A stretch of 47,752 nucleotides of DNA from positions 1 through 47,752 of IMG/VR virus record IMGVR_UViG_3300034171_000124; one strand, 5' to 3'. Below are positions 38,206 to 47,222 of this stretch, one piece after another. Positions within the stretch are counted from its first letter, which is position 1; the number at the start of each line of letters is the position of its first letter. The DNA is from a virus (taxonomy: Duplodnaviria; Caudoviricetes). The translations under genes were made by a program, and so were the position numbers. The notes beneath the pieces are model-generated. The model did no database searches. It was given only the letters and a program-made list of their open reading frames with translations, and was not told the origin of the DNA.

Positions 38206-38337
38206 TTTAAACAGTACCTAGTGGCTTTTTACCAGCTTTAATCATCTTATCCATTAATTCATTAGCTTCTTTAAAACTCTTTGCTACTGCTCTTCTTAGT
38301 CTTATTTCAGCTGCTAACTTTGTTAATCTATCCATGA

Positions 38338-38535
38338 CTATTCCCCCTGTAACTCTTTAATTTTATCTTCATATCTTTTTATATTTCTTTTTGCATCCAT
38401 TGTTGCGCTGTGTTCTACCCCATGGCTGAATTCATATAAACCCTTAAGACGTTCTTTTTCTCTTTCTAAATTTTCTTTCCAAAATGATAAATCTAATTTT
38501 AATAATTTTTCATTAAATGATGAGTTATTTTCCAT
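38338..38535 (-). CDS. Hypothetical protein
   Basis: AGGAGG RBS; 65 aa. Confidence 0.65.
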   Translation of the reverse strand: MENNSSFNEKLLKLDLSFWKENLEREKERLKGLYEFSHGVEHSATMDAKRNIKRYEDKIKELQGE

Positions 38536-38673
38536 GTTTACCTCCTATTTTTCATTTGCCCTCTGCCGGGGATATTGTATACCAGGGTGGTATAATTTTT
38601 ATTTTGAAGTGAAGGTATATTTTTTTAAGAATTGAGTATAATACAATATGAAGTATTTCTTTTTGGCAACTTG

Positions 38674-38889
38674 CTAGTTAAAAAAAATATTATAACTTGT
38701 ACCGTATTCGGACACTATTTTTTCTACTTCGTATAATTGAAAATCAGATAATCCGTTAATCTTATCCGACACAGTACCAATTGTAAGTCCTAATAATACA
38801 GCAAGATCTTCGTATTTAAGGGAATTGCCTCTTAACCATCCCTTAAAACCAGTATATGGTTCATGCACTTTTGCACGTTTTCTTTTCAT
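38674..38889 (-). CDS. Cro-like HTH regulator (71 aa)
   Basis: AGGAGG RBS before MKRKRAK; YEDLAVLLGLTIGTVSDKING; divergent from cI. Confidence 0.85.
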   Translation of the reverse strand: MKRKRAKVHEPYTGFKGWLRGNSLKYEDLAVLLGLTIGTVSDKINGLSDFQLYEVEKIVSEYGTSYNIFFN

Positions 38890-39057
38890 ATATGTCGCCT
38901 CCTTTACTTTTAGTTTCCTATCAGCAACTTTAGTGTACATCCGTAATGTCGTTTTGTCAATAGCTTTTTTCAATGAAATGTAATTCATTGTTGTAATATA
39001 CGAAACACAGTGATACAATCAATTTAATAAGTATGATATATAGAAGGAGCTAATTGT

Positions 39058-39696
39058 ATGAAAAAAGAAATTACTATGAGCTTTGGCCAAAGACTCAAAG
39101 AACTGAGACTCGAAAATGATTATTCTGGAGAGATCCTCTGTAATATATATAATCTTAAGTTTGATGCAAGTCTAAACAAAGGAACTTTATCTAAGTATGA
39201 AAATAGATTGCAAGAACCTTCATTTACTACAGTTAAAAATTTAGCAGATATGTTTAATGTAAGAATTGAATATTTAATTGGAAAAGATGACAATAGAAGT
39301 TATATAAATGACGTCGAATGTAAGATTGCTGTGCCTATTTTACAATTTACAGCTGCTGGTTCTCCGCCTGTAGTTATTGAATCGACTAGAGGATTTGAAC
39401 TTATCTCAGATGATACAATTGATTATTGTTTTAGCGTTATGGGTAATAGTATGATTGGAACGAGGATATACGATGGAGATTTAGTATATATTGACAATCA
39501 TTCTCCAATTTACAATGGTGATATTGTTTTAGTTATTCAAGAGGACGAAGGCGCAATACTTAAAAAATATTTCAAATATGGTTCTACAATAATATTAAGG
39601 ACCGAGAGCCCAGATATAAATGAAAAAGAATTTATTTCCTACAGCCTACCCTTTACACTATTTGGAAAAGTTAAATCTGTAAAATTTAACATTTGA
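39058..39696 (+). CDS. CI-like repressor (XRE HTH plus S24 peptidase)
   Basis: N-terminal HTH, Ala-Gly cleavage site (TAAGSP), catalytic GNSM and LKK. Confidence 0.92.
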   Translation: MKKEITMSFGQRLKELRLENDYSGEILCNIYNLKFDASLNKGTLSKYENRLQEPSFTTVKNLADMFNVRIEYLIGKDDNRSYINDVECKIAVPILQFTAAGSPPVVIESTRGFELISDDTIDYCFSVMGNSMIGTRIYDGDLVYIDNHSPIYNGDIVLVIQEDEGAILKKYFKYGSTIILRTESPDINEKEFISYSLPFTLFGKVKSVKFNI

Positions 39697-39707
39697 GGTG
39701 AAAACTA

Positions 39708-40751
39708 ATGGCAAATATTAAAAAAATGGAAAACGATACGTTTAAAGCCACTATTTATTTAGGGCGAGATGCAAAAGGTAAACAAATACGTAAAACACTT
39801 TATGCCACAAGTGAAAAAGAATGTAAAAATAAAGCTCGAGTAATAGAACAAGAATACCAAGACGGACTATATATTGACACTAAAAAAATGAGATTTACAA
39901 AGTGGGCAGAGGAATGGCTTGAACTTAGAAAAGATAGAATATCGCCATCAACATTACAAAGTTATGATATATATATCAATATACATTTTAAACCTCACTT
40001 TGGTAATTTAAAAATATCTCAAATAAATGAGCTTATGATTAAACGATATATCGCTGAAAAATTAAAAACATTATCATCTACAACAGTCAGAAAGCATATC
40101 TACATTCTAAGTGCAATACTTGAAGATGTGCTGAAACATAAAAACCCTTGTAAATATATCGAGATTCCAGAAGTTGCCCATTACGAATATCATATTGTGA
40201 CGGATGATGAATATAAAATCATCAGAGAGTTTTTCAGAGGAAAAGCTTACGAACCTATAATACTGTTAGGCGCATTATGTGGAATGCGTAGAGGCGAGAT
40301 ATTTGCTCTTAAGTGGGATGATATTGATGAGAAAGCCCAAACAATAAGAGTGGATCAAGCGATGTGTATCTCTAAAGAAGGCTATATAGAAAAGAAAACT
40401 AAAAGTAATAATGGATTCAGGACCATAATAGCCCCTGACGAAATATTTAACTTGCTTGAAAGAAAGAGAAAACAACAAAAAGTTATAAAAGAACGAATTT
40501 TCCCCAGCAGGCCTGATTCGTTTTCGAGTTGGTTTTCTGTATGCATGACTAAGTTAAATTTAGATATTAGATTCCACGATCTTCGGCATTATCATGCAAC
40601 TTGGCTATATAAAAATGGAATCCCAGATTTATTTGCTGCTCAAAGACTTGGAGATGATCTCAATACAATTAAGCGAATTTATCAACATATTGGAGAGGAC
40701 ACAACTAAGAAATACAATGATGAAATAATCAAGAGAATTAATACAATATAG
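39708..40751 (+). CDS. int: Phage tyrosine integrase
   Basis: N-terminal arm-binding region; GMRRGE, KTKS, HDLRH and RIY; adjacent to attP. Confidence 0.95.
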   Translation: MANIKKMENDTFKATIYLGRDAKGKQIRKTLYATSEKECKNKARVIEQEYQDGLYIDTKKMRFTKWAEEWLELRKDRISPSTLQSYDIYINIHFKPHFGNLKISQINELMIKRYIAEKLKTLSSTTVRKHIYILSAILEDVLKHKNPCKYIEIPEVAHYEYHIVTDDEYKIIREFFRGKAYEPIILLGALCGMRRGEIFALKWDDIDEKAQTIRVDQAMCISKEGYIEKKTKSNNGFRTIIAPDEIFNLLERKRKQQKVIKERIFPSRPDSFSSWFSVCMTKLNLDIRFHDLRHYHATWLYKNGIPDLFAAQRLGDDLNTIKRIYQHIGEDTTKKYNDEIIKRINTI

Positions 40752-40909
40752 CAAAAAGGTGCACAAAAAGGTGCACAAAACTTTATTAAAGAATGAAAAG
40801 TGATTTTGTTATATTGAAATGTTACCATAAAAGAAACATTTTCAAGCAATAAAGCCATTATGACAAATCGCCTAATATCAATGTAATGGCTAAAGTTATT
40901 ATATTCGCA

Positions 40910-40974
40910 ACGCGCTGGACTCAAAATCCAGTGGTAGCAATACCGTGCGGGTTCGATTCCCGCCTCCGGCACCA
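40910..40974 (+). tRNA. 3' fragment of tRNA-Leu(CAA), the attP core; not a complete tRNA
   Basis: Anticodon arm CTGGA-CTCAAAA-TCCAG, long variable arm, GCGGG-TTCGATT-CCCGC and a CCA end; the 5' acceptor and D-arm are absent. Confidence 0.9.
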
Positions 40975-40978
40975 CAAG

Positions 40979-41009
40979 GCTTTCAAGGTTTTCTTGAAAG
41001 TCTTTTTTT
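40979..41009 (+). terminator. Intrinsic terminator after the tRNA fragment
   Basis: GCTTTCAAG...CTTGAAAGT followed by a T-run. Confidence 0.75.
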
Positions 41010-41073
41010 ACGCCCTAAATGGCAAAAAGGTGCACAAAAGGTGCACAGAATATTATTTGTGTTTTTACATGCA

Positions 41074-41253
41074 TTATATGTAATTATTAAATTTAATATT
41101 ACTGTTAGAATAATTATTTAACAATCCAACAAATTTTAATAGCTCGTCCTCATCTAGCCCAATGGATTCCAAATAATTAAGCATGTTATTATGTGCTTCC
41201 GTCTTTAAATTCCACAGTTCCTCTAAATTGATTATGCTCACATTCTTTTCCAT
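41074..41253 (-). CDS. Small hypothetical protein (59 aa), probably SOS-controlled
   Basis: GGGGGG RBS; MEKNVSIINLEELWNLKTEAHNNMLNYLESIGLDEDELLKFVGLLNNY...; absent from the ORF track. Confidence 0.6.
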   Translation of the reverse strand: MEKNVSIINLEELWNLKTEAHNNMLNYLESIGLDEDELLKFVGLLNNYSNSNIKFNNYI

Positions 41254-41291
41254 TGATATTTCCCCCCATTTATTTATCTCTCGTAATTTTA

Positions 41292-41333
41292 ATGATACTC
41301 GCTTATCAGTCCTAAGTAAAGAACATTTGTTCG
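41292..41333 (-). promoter_or_regulatory. Sigma-A promoter with an adjacent Gram-positive LexA (SOS) box
   Basis: TTTACT-N17-TATCAT; CGAAC-AAAT-GTTCT at 41320-41333 abuts the -35. Confidence 0.65.
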
Positions 41334-41389
41334 TGTTTTTATTCGCATTTTGTAATATTTTTGCTTTTTTCTTGTGTTTTTATTCTGAA

Positions 41390-41460
41390 ATTGTCACTAA
41401 TTGTGACAATAAAAAGTAAAATTATTCCTCCAATGATATACTAAAATATATTATTGGAGG
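41390..41460 (+). promoter_or_regulatory. Operator-like inverted repeats upstream of the XRE gene
   Basis: ATTGTCAC-N5-GTGACAAT at 41390-41410; CCTCCAATGATATA-N6-TATATTATTGGAGG at 41427-41460 covers the extended -10 and RBS. Confidence 0.55.
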
Positions 41461-41467
41461 GGTTACA

Positions 41468-41695
41468 ATGTTTGGTAATAGACTTAAAGATTTAAGAATA
41501 GATGCTGACTTAACTCAAGAACAGTTAGCAAAACATCTTAATATAACTCGCTCGGCTCTCGCAAACTATGAAACCGGATTAAGAGAACCAGGCTATGAAA
41601 TATTGATCAAAATAGCAGATTTTTTTGAGATATCTTTAGATTATCTCTTGTGCAGAACTAATATTCCTAATCAATATCTTGCTAAACATAAATAG
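41468..41695 (+). CDS. XRE-family HTH regulator
   Basis: LTQEQLAKHLNITRSALANYETGLREP...SLDYLL. Confidence 0.92.
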   Translation: MFGNRLKDLRIDADLTQEQLAKHLNITRSALANYETGLREPGYEILIKIADFFEISLDYLLCRTNIPNQYLAKHK

Positions 41696-41862
41696 TATTA
41701 GTTACCTATATCTTAACACTATATTTTAATATACATAGGATCAATGTTCGCCTTATTGTTCACGTTCTATTTATTTTTTGTAATATAAATCTATTATTTG
41801 TATACATTACCCTTTATTTTTTGATTGCATTTAATTTAATAATAACGTTTGTTTTGTTTTTT

Positions 41863-41908
41863 AAAATAACAAGAGCTCTGGATATAATTCCAAAGCTCTT
41901 GTTATTTT
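41863..41908. terminator. Bidirectional terminator
   Basis: AAAATAACAAGAGCT...AGCTCTTGTTATTTT. Confidence 0.7.
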
Positions 41909-42404
41909 AGTTAACAGGTATTTCAAATGTAAGTATGCCACTCTTTTTATAAGCTTCACTGGAAAAAGTTATTTTTACTTTATCACTTTTATTAGCTAGC
42001 CCATAATAACCCTGAACGGTACAATTAGTACCGACTGTTATCTCCTGTGGGTGTTGTTTCGGGAACATATCTGAGCTTTCTGCCACTGCACCGGTTGAAT
42101 CTGATACCTGCAGGTCTGCAGCATGTATAAGAAGTTTACTATCATCGCCTTTGGCAATATTTTTATAAGTGTAATCAACTTCAATTATTTCTTTTGATAC
42201 TGAAAAATCACTTTTATATTCAAAGTCATTTGCTTCCTTAACACTATTGATGATAATGGAATACATCTTGTCTCCGTCATCATTAATTACAAACACTTCT
42301 TCACCTGGTCCATGTACTTTAGGTACTTTACTTTGAGTGCTTCCGCATCCTACAAATCCAAGAGATAGGATCACAATACCTAATAATATAATAATTTTTT
42401 TCAA
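41907..42404 (-). CDS. Lipoprotein, DUF4352-like Ig fold (possible superinfection exclusion)
   Basis: Signal peptide with lipobox FVGC; VDYTYKN...LQVSDSTG...EITVG pattern. Confidence 0.75.
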   Translation of the reverse strand: MKKIIILLGIVILSLGFVGCGSTQSKVPKVHGPGEEVFVINDDGDKMYSIIINSVKEANDFEYKSDFSVSKEIIEVDYTYKNIAKGDDSKLLIHAADLQVSDSTGAVAESSDMFPKQHPQEITVGTNCTVQGYYGLANKSDKVKITFSSEAYKKSGILTFEIPVN

Positions 42405-42479
42405 TTTTATTCCCCCTATTAAGTTCTATATTCCTCATTGTAATACATTTTGTAACATTTGTAAAAATATTATATCATT

Positions 42480-44921
42480 TTAGAATTCAGGTAGCTTTGT
42501 AATGAATTTTGCATATTGATTACCATAATTTACGATATTAAGACTTGTATGTGGTTTTAGGTCCAATCCATCTTGTACTGTGAATGGTGCTAATTCTTCT
42601 TTTAGTGCTTCAAGATTTTCTTTTTCTGTGCCAGCTATAAAAACATAGCTTGCACCACTACTTTTAAGTGCAGTTAATAAGTCCTTTAATTGTTTTAAGT
42701 AATGGCATGATAATATTAGTCCTAGCCTATGCCTTCTGAACTCTGTAACATGTACTGAAAGGAACCTTGCAGTAGTAGGTACTTGATGTACCTCATCGAA
42801 AATCACATTGCATAAGCGAGCGTCTTTATTATTCTCGCGCATCTGAACAGTTAACCAAATTCTACTGATAAAGAATGTTGTAAGTATGTCCCTTACCATT
42901 ACACTTGGAAATTTGTTCTGTGGAATTGATATGAATATATTTTTGCCTTCTTCTATATATTTAGTAAAATCCTGATCCATATCTATTTCAGCTCTTAGCA
43001 TAGCTTTCAAATAAGGGTTTTTTTGTAGTAGAACTATTCTATTTGTTATTCCTATTATTAGATCCTCTCTTGTGCCCACTATTTTATTATCTTTATCCCT
43101 TTTGTGCAATTCATTTAAATCATAGAAAATATCGTCATCTTCATCAAAACACTTACTATTTTTTGCATATCTAATAGCTTCGTTTCTTTTGTCCCATCTC
43201 CTCAAAATGTCAAAAACATCACTTATTTTAGCGTTGGGTTTTATAAAGATAATCATACTAGCTGCATGCAGATATCGTAACATTGGTGCGGTGAGTTCTC
43301 CCGTTGCACTATCTGTTACCGCATTAATTAGATATTCCACTTGTTCTGCTAATAAATTAGCGAGTCTTATTCTTTCCCAATGGCTCATGTCTTCAGTTAT
43401 TAATTTTGTAACCTCATTAAAGGCTAGTGCAGGTATAAAATCTTCATAGCCTAGTTTAATAATGATTTTATCCTTGTCTGGAATAACCTCGGCCACCTCT
43501 CTAGCGGTTTCACACGATTCTATGAAGTCTATTACTATGTTGCTGTACCCTGCCTTATAACAATCCTTGGCGGTCCTTTTGAGTGCGGTAGTTTTACCCG
43601 CATTTTGAGGACCAACAAAAAGCTTTGCTAGTGCCATGGTATCCTTGTTTTTGCTCCATGTAGCCATTATTTTATGACCTTGTTTTTCTGCCAAGCCTAT
43701 TCTAACTATTCCATTCCTAAGCTGTTCAGGTATCGCTACTTCCATTGTATCTATTCTTTCAATTTCATATTCGTTTTGCAGATCTCTTTGAGGAAGTTGG
43801 ATCAACTTAGCTATTTCCTTATCACTTAAAATACATTTTTTCGATGGCATAACATTCATATCAAGGACCTGACTAAATAATAATTGTTGTTCATTTTCAC
43901 TAAGAGGCTTTAAAACCAATTCATTGTCTTGGTTCAAATCTTTATAAGCACTAAATACATTTAGCATATTAATTTTTGCTTTATTTCTATTAAGACTTTC
44001 AGATAATATACTTATTTTAACTTTAAAAGACTCAGATGCTAATTTTTTTATTGTAGCTGCAGATAAACCATTATACTTTAGACTTTCCCTTACCGCGTCA
44101 ATACTATCTATTTTAATATCAAATGATTGCTTCCCATTTTCTGTTTCTCCAGGAGATACCATGCCAATTATACTTTCTAGTAGCAAAAGTTTATATTCAA
44201 TGTAAATTGAAATAGCTGCCTCTGCTCCTTGAAATCCTAATTTAAATATTTTATCTTTTGTGCTCATTTCATTATTTATTACCTTGCCATTTTTGTATGA
44301 TTCGAACTCATCCCTTGCAATGTTTATCCAATTACTTCTTTTGACCGGTTCTATTGCAATATTAACTCTTACCTGATCCCCTTGCTTAATCGACCTCAAA
44401 ACACTAAACATATTAGTAAGTGGATATAAATCAGTCTTGCTTGTAGAGAGACTTTTAAAATTATAATCTTTTAAAATCAATTCACAAACCTCTGTATTTT
44501 TTTCATTGAAATCATTTAAATTATCCCTATCATCTTTCCTTATTTCTGCTTTGCTCCATACAGTTTTCATTTTACTTTCGATTAAATTTGAATATTGGTT
44601 ATCTACCGTCATATAAAATTTAGCCTGTTTATGTGTAAATAAAATATCAAAATATATTTGTTTTGGTGTAGCATAGCTACCATTCCTAATGCTTATTCTT
44701 TCCCTTGGAGATTGATACATTCCTGACATTGCATGCGATATAGCTTCATTATTCAAATTATCAATTAAATAATCAGGAACAATTTTGAAAGTTGCTGTTG
44801 GCACGACCAATGACTTCTTTATAAATGGTTGAAGCAAGTCTAAACTTTTTAATTCTGTCATGACATTATCCTTGTTAGAGTATAAATTATTATTGAAAAA
44901 CTTGTTAATTTTGTTCCCCAT
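42480..44921 (-). CDS. Large P-loop ATPase, VirB4/TraG/HerA-FtsK superfamily-like (813 aa)
   Basis: Walker A GPQNAGKT, IVIDF, Walker B VIFDEVHQ and EFRRHRLGLILSCHYLKQL. Confidence 0.8.
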   Translation of the reverse strand: MGNKINKFFNNNLYSNKDNVMTELKSLDLLQPFIKKSLVVPTATFKIVPDYLIDNLNNEAISHAMSGMYQSPRERISIRNGSYATPKQIYFDILFTHKQAKFYMTVDNQYSNLIESKMKTVWSKAEIRKDDRDNLNDFNEKNTEVCELILKDYNFKSLSTSKTDLYPLTNMFSVLRSIKQGDQVRVNIAIEPVKRSNWINIARDEFESYKNGKVINNEMSTKDKIFKLGFQGAEAAISIYIEYKLLLLESIIGMVSPGETENGKQSFDIKIDSIDAVRESLKYNGLSAATIKKLASESFKVKISILSESLNRNKAKINMLNVFSAYKDLNQDNELVLKPLSENEQQLLFSQVLDMNVMPSKKCILSDKEIAKLIQLPQRDLQNEYEIERIDTMEVAIPEQLRNGIVRIGLAEKQGHKIMATWSKNKDTMALAKLFVGPQNAGKTTALKRTAKDCYKAGYSNIVIDFIESCETAREVAEVIPDKDKIIIKLGYEDFIPALAFNEVTKLITEDMSHWERIRLANLLAEQVEYLINAVTDSATGELTAPMLRYLHAASMIIFIKPNAKISDVFDILRRWDKRNEAIRYAKNSKCFDEDDDIFYDLNELHKRDKDNKIVGTREDLIIGITNRIVLLQKNPYLKAMLRAEIDMDQDFTKYIEEGKNIFISIPQNKFPSVMVRDILTTFFISRIWLTVQMRENNKDARLCNVIFDEVHQVPTTARFLSVHVTEFRRHRLGLILSCHYLKQLKDLLTALKSSGASYVFIAGTEKENLEALKEELAPFTVQDGLDLKPHTSLNIVNYGNQYAKFITKLPEF

Positions 44922-45070
44922 CGTTTTGCCCCAAATAATATCAAGAATACCCCTGCCATAGCTACTATTATAAATACTGGTTCAAGTTGTGTTGCAGTAT
45001 AACCTATTCCGTTCGATACAAATTGACCAAGTCCTTCCAGTAACCAATTTATACTATTTTTAATCATCAT
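44858..45070 (-). CDS. Small membrane protein (70 aa)
   Basis: GGAGGG RBS; two hydrophobic segments; overlaps the ATPase start. Confidence 0.7.
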   Translation of the reverse strand: MMIKNSINWLLEGLGQFVSNGIGYTATQLEPVFIIVAMAGVFLILFGAKRWGTKLTSFSIIIYTLTRIMS

Positions 45071-45078
45071 TATCCCTC

Positions 45079-45426
45079 CTAGAATTTAATACCTTTTAGT
45101 ATTGCAAATATTTGCGGTATGAATTGTATCCCTACAAATCCACCTATAGCACTTTTTATAGTTTTAAATCCCTTTTGCTCATCTCCACCCATTACTGACA
45201 TGAATCCTTTTATCATGAACCCATAGCTTATTGGCTCTGCTAAGTCCTTAATAACATCTATTAATGGGCTCAAGCTCTGAGCTATTGTTTTTGCATATAC
45301 TGTCTGGCCATTGAAACAATTTATTACGGTTACAACTACTATCCCAGTTTGTACTAGGCACTTATCAACGTTTATATCATACTCTTTAACTTTTCCATCT
45401 TTTACTCTAAATCCAACTATTCTCAT
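45079..45426 (-). CDS. Membrane protein, VirB2/TrbC pilin-like topology (115 aa)
   Basis: VYA processing-like site, then two hydrophobic helices separated by GGDEQKGFKTIK. Confidence 0.6.
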   Translation of the reverse strand: MRIVGFRVKDGKVKEYDINVDKCLVQTGIVVVTVINCFNGQTVYAKTIAQSLSPLIDVIKDLAEPISYGFMIKGFMSVMGGDEQKGFKTIKSAIGGFVGIQFIPQIFAILKGIKF

Positions 45427-45435
45427 GTCTACCCC

Positions 45436-45537
45436 CTATTTATTATTTTTGTAATTACTGTATAGCTTTTTAATTTGTTTGTAGCTTAATAATCCTCCAA
45501 TTACGATTCCAAGAACCAATTTAAGCAATAATGGCAT
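45436..45537 (-). CDS. Small single-TM protein (33 aa)
   Basis: GGAGG RBS; MPLLLKLVLGIVIGGLLSYKQIKKLYSNYKNNK. Confidence 0.6.
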   Translation of the reverse strand: MPLLLKLVLGIVIGGLLSYKQIKKLYSNYKNNK

Positions 45538-45750
45538 ATTTACGCCTCCAATAAAAATTATTTATATAAATTGTATAAAAAGTAGCATCTTTTCAATACT
45601 CCTTGCATAAGCTATAGCAAAGCGTTGCTTATAGCGACTTACCACAACTTCGCCAATTCAAAAACTTATATGTTTTTACTTGTATTTATGATTAAACCCT
45701 GCACTTTAGGGTAAACTATTAATAACAAAACAAATGAAGAGGTGAATTTT

Positions 45751-45801
45751 ATGGGTTGGATGTTCGCTGGAATACTTTTATACATTTGGTCTCAATCTTA
45801 A
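45751..45801 (+). CDS. Hydrophobic micropeptide (16 aa)
   Basis: GAGGTG RBS with 6-nt spacing; MGWMFAGILLYIWSQS; followed by a hairpin at 45816-45841. Confidence 0.45.
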   Translation: MGWMFAGILLYIWSQS

Positions 45802-45845
45802 TTTATATATATATTAAGTCTATCTGTTAACGGATAGGCTTATTT

Positions 45846-46052
45846 TTATAATCCATTTAAAATATCATTTATTCCCTCATCTATTTTAGTATCTTTTGAC
45901 TTTTTATCTTCTTTCGTATGCTCATTTTTAGTAAGACCTTTTAAAATATCTTTGATATACCCACTTATGCTTGAGTGATTTTTTATTTTTTCATATAATG
46001 CAATATCTTCTGGTGTATTTTTAAAGTTAACAATTACTCTTCTTCGTTCCAA
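45846..46052 (-). CDS. ParR-like ribbon-helix-helix protein
   Basis: Overlaps the 3' end of parM; beta strand RVIVNF, two helices, flexible linker and C-terminal helix. Confidence 0.7.
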   Translation of the reverse strand: MERRRVIVNFKNTPEDIALYEKIKNHSSISGYIKDILKGLTKNEHTKEDKKSKDTKIDEGINDILNGL

Positions 46053-46912
46053 AGATTATCACCTACCCTTTTGAATCCTATGGCATTAGCAAATAAATAG
46101 TTTTCTAACCTTGTAATTCTATTTATTCGCTTTTGAAGAGCACTGTATAAAAGGAATGCACCACCACCAGTTAAAAGAGTTTCTTCAATTCTGATAGGAT
46201 AATTAAGATTTAATTCATTCATAAGTTCATCTATGAGATCTTCAACAATAGGTTTTAAAAAACTCATATCTATTTTCTGGCCATCTATCCATAATCCATC
46301 TCTCAAAACATTTTCTATATTCTCTATTTTAAGATCTAATGAGTATTTTGAATTGATATTATCCCTAACGTCAGCATAGAGGTTTATCATCCCTAAGGCT
46401 TTTGAGTCTGATTTAACGATTTTCTTATTATGAAAATTTATTATATTTGTAGTTCTTCCACCAATATCAAGTACAATACAATCATTTGGTTTATCCTCTA
46501 GGCTATAATAGGCCCCCGCTCCTTCTGGGAATATTTCAATATTTTCAATTATTATAATTTTCTTTTCACCCTTGTATCTTAAAGAAGCCATTCTACTAGC
46601 AGTAATTATGCTTTTTAAATTATCCTTGTTCTGTTTGTATTGAGCTATTGGTAGTCCTAATACTATATTGACTAACGAATAATTTGTACTCCTTAAAATA
46701 GCTGTATATAGTAATGGTAGTATATTCTGTTTTTCTGCTTTATTCAGTTTTGTTTCAAAGTATCCTGATCCAATATCATAATTCATACCATCTATTTCTA
46801 ACCCTAAATTTGTTTCAAGCAAATTTTGTTTAGTAGAATACCTTGCATTGAATATTTGACCTGAGCTTGTTTTTACATTGTAATTCCCAATATCTATGCC
46901 TAATGTTGCCAC
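46034..46912 (-). CDS. ParM/StbA-family actin-like ATPase
   Basis: GIDIGNYNVK, LGLP, FPEG, LDIGGRTT, LTGGGA and FANAIG actin-fold motifs. Confidence 0.9.
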   Translation of the reverse strand: MATLGIDIGNYNVKTSSGQIFNARYSTKQNLLETNLGLEIDGMNYDIGSGYFETKLNKAEKQNILPLLYTAILRSTNYSLVNIVLGLPIAQYKQNKDNLKSIITASRMASLRYKGEKKIIIIENIEIFPEGAGAYYSLEDKPNDCIVLDIGGRTTNIINFHNKKIVKSDSKALGMINLYADVRDNINSKYSLDLKIENIENVLRDGLWIDGQKIDMSFLKPIVEDLIDELMNELNLNYPIRIEETLLTGGGAFLLYSALQKRINRITRLENYLFANAIGFKRVGDNLWNEEE

Positions 46913-47029
46913 TTATACCCCTCCAATACATTTTCTATTGCTAATTTTGTATGTCTTATATTTCCTTCTTAATACAATATATGTCTATGTATGTCTTTTA
47001 GTACCTAATTATAATAAAAAAATAAAGAG

Positions 47030-47191
47030 CTATTTAATTAGCCCTTTATTTCTCATATCCTCTAGTATTAATTTTTTAATATAAGTTGATTTCCCCTCTA
47101 TTTCTAAACTATTAATATAATTATACATATGTCTTTCCAACTCATTGTTCTTAAAGTTAACTATTAATCTTAATCTATTATCATTAACCAA
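47030..47191 (-). CDS. Second RHH-like protein (53 aa), paralogue of the ParR-like gene
   Basis: GAGGTGA RBS with TTG start; MVNDNRLRLIVNFKNNELERHMYNYINSLEIEGKSTYIKKLILEDMRNKGLIK; absent from the ORF track. Confidence 0.7.
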   Translation of the reverse strand: MVNDNRLRLIVNFKNNELERHMYNYINSLEIEGKSTYIKKLILEDMRNKGLIK

Positions 47192-47222
47192 GTTTATCAC
47201 CTCTCAATTCATTTATGTAAGT

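Larger units (their letters stand above)
40751..41050. mobile_element. attP region: tRNA-derived core flanked by paired arm-type repeats
   Basis: AAAAGGTGCACA occurs twice in 40751-40780 and twice in 41022-41050; inverted repeat AGCCATTA/TAATGGCT at 40853-40891. Confidence 0.85.

Noticed and set aside
38900-39010. CI/Cro operators (GTTTCCTATCAGCAAC; GTTGTAATATACGAAAC)
   Set aside because: Operators are expected here, but the two candidates differ in length and are too degenerate to call.
40910-40974. Functional phage tRNA-Leu gene
   Set aside because: The 5' acceptor strand and D-arm are missing; it is the attP core.
46940-47015. Sigma-E or sigma-K promoter for parM (CATA boxes)
   Set aside because: Spacing or the final T deviates from consensus, and the CATA boxes are part of the TATGTCT repeats.
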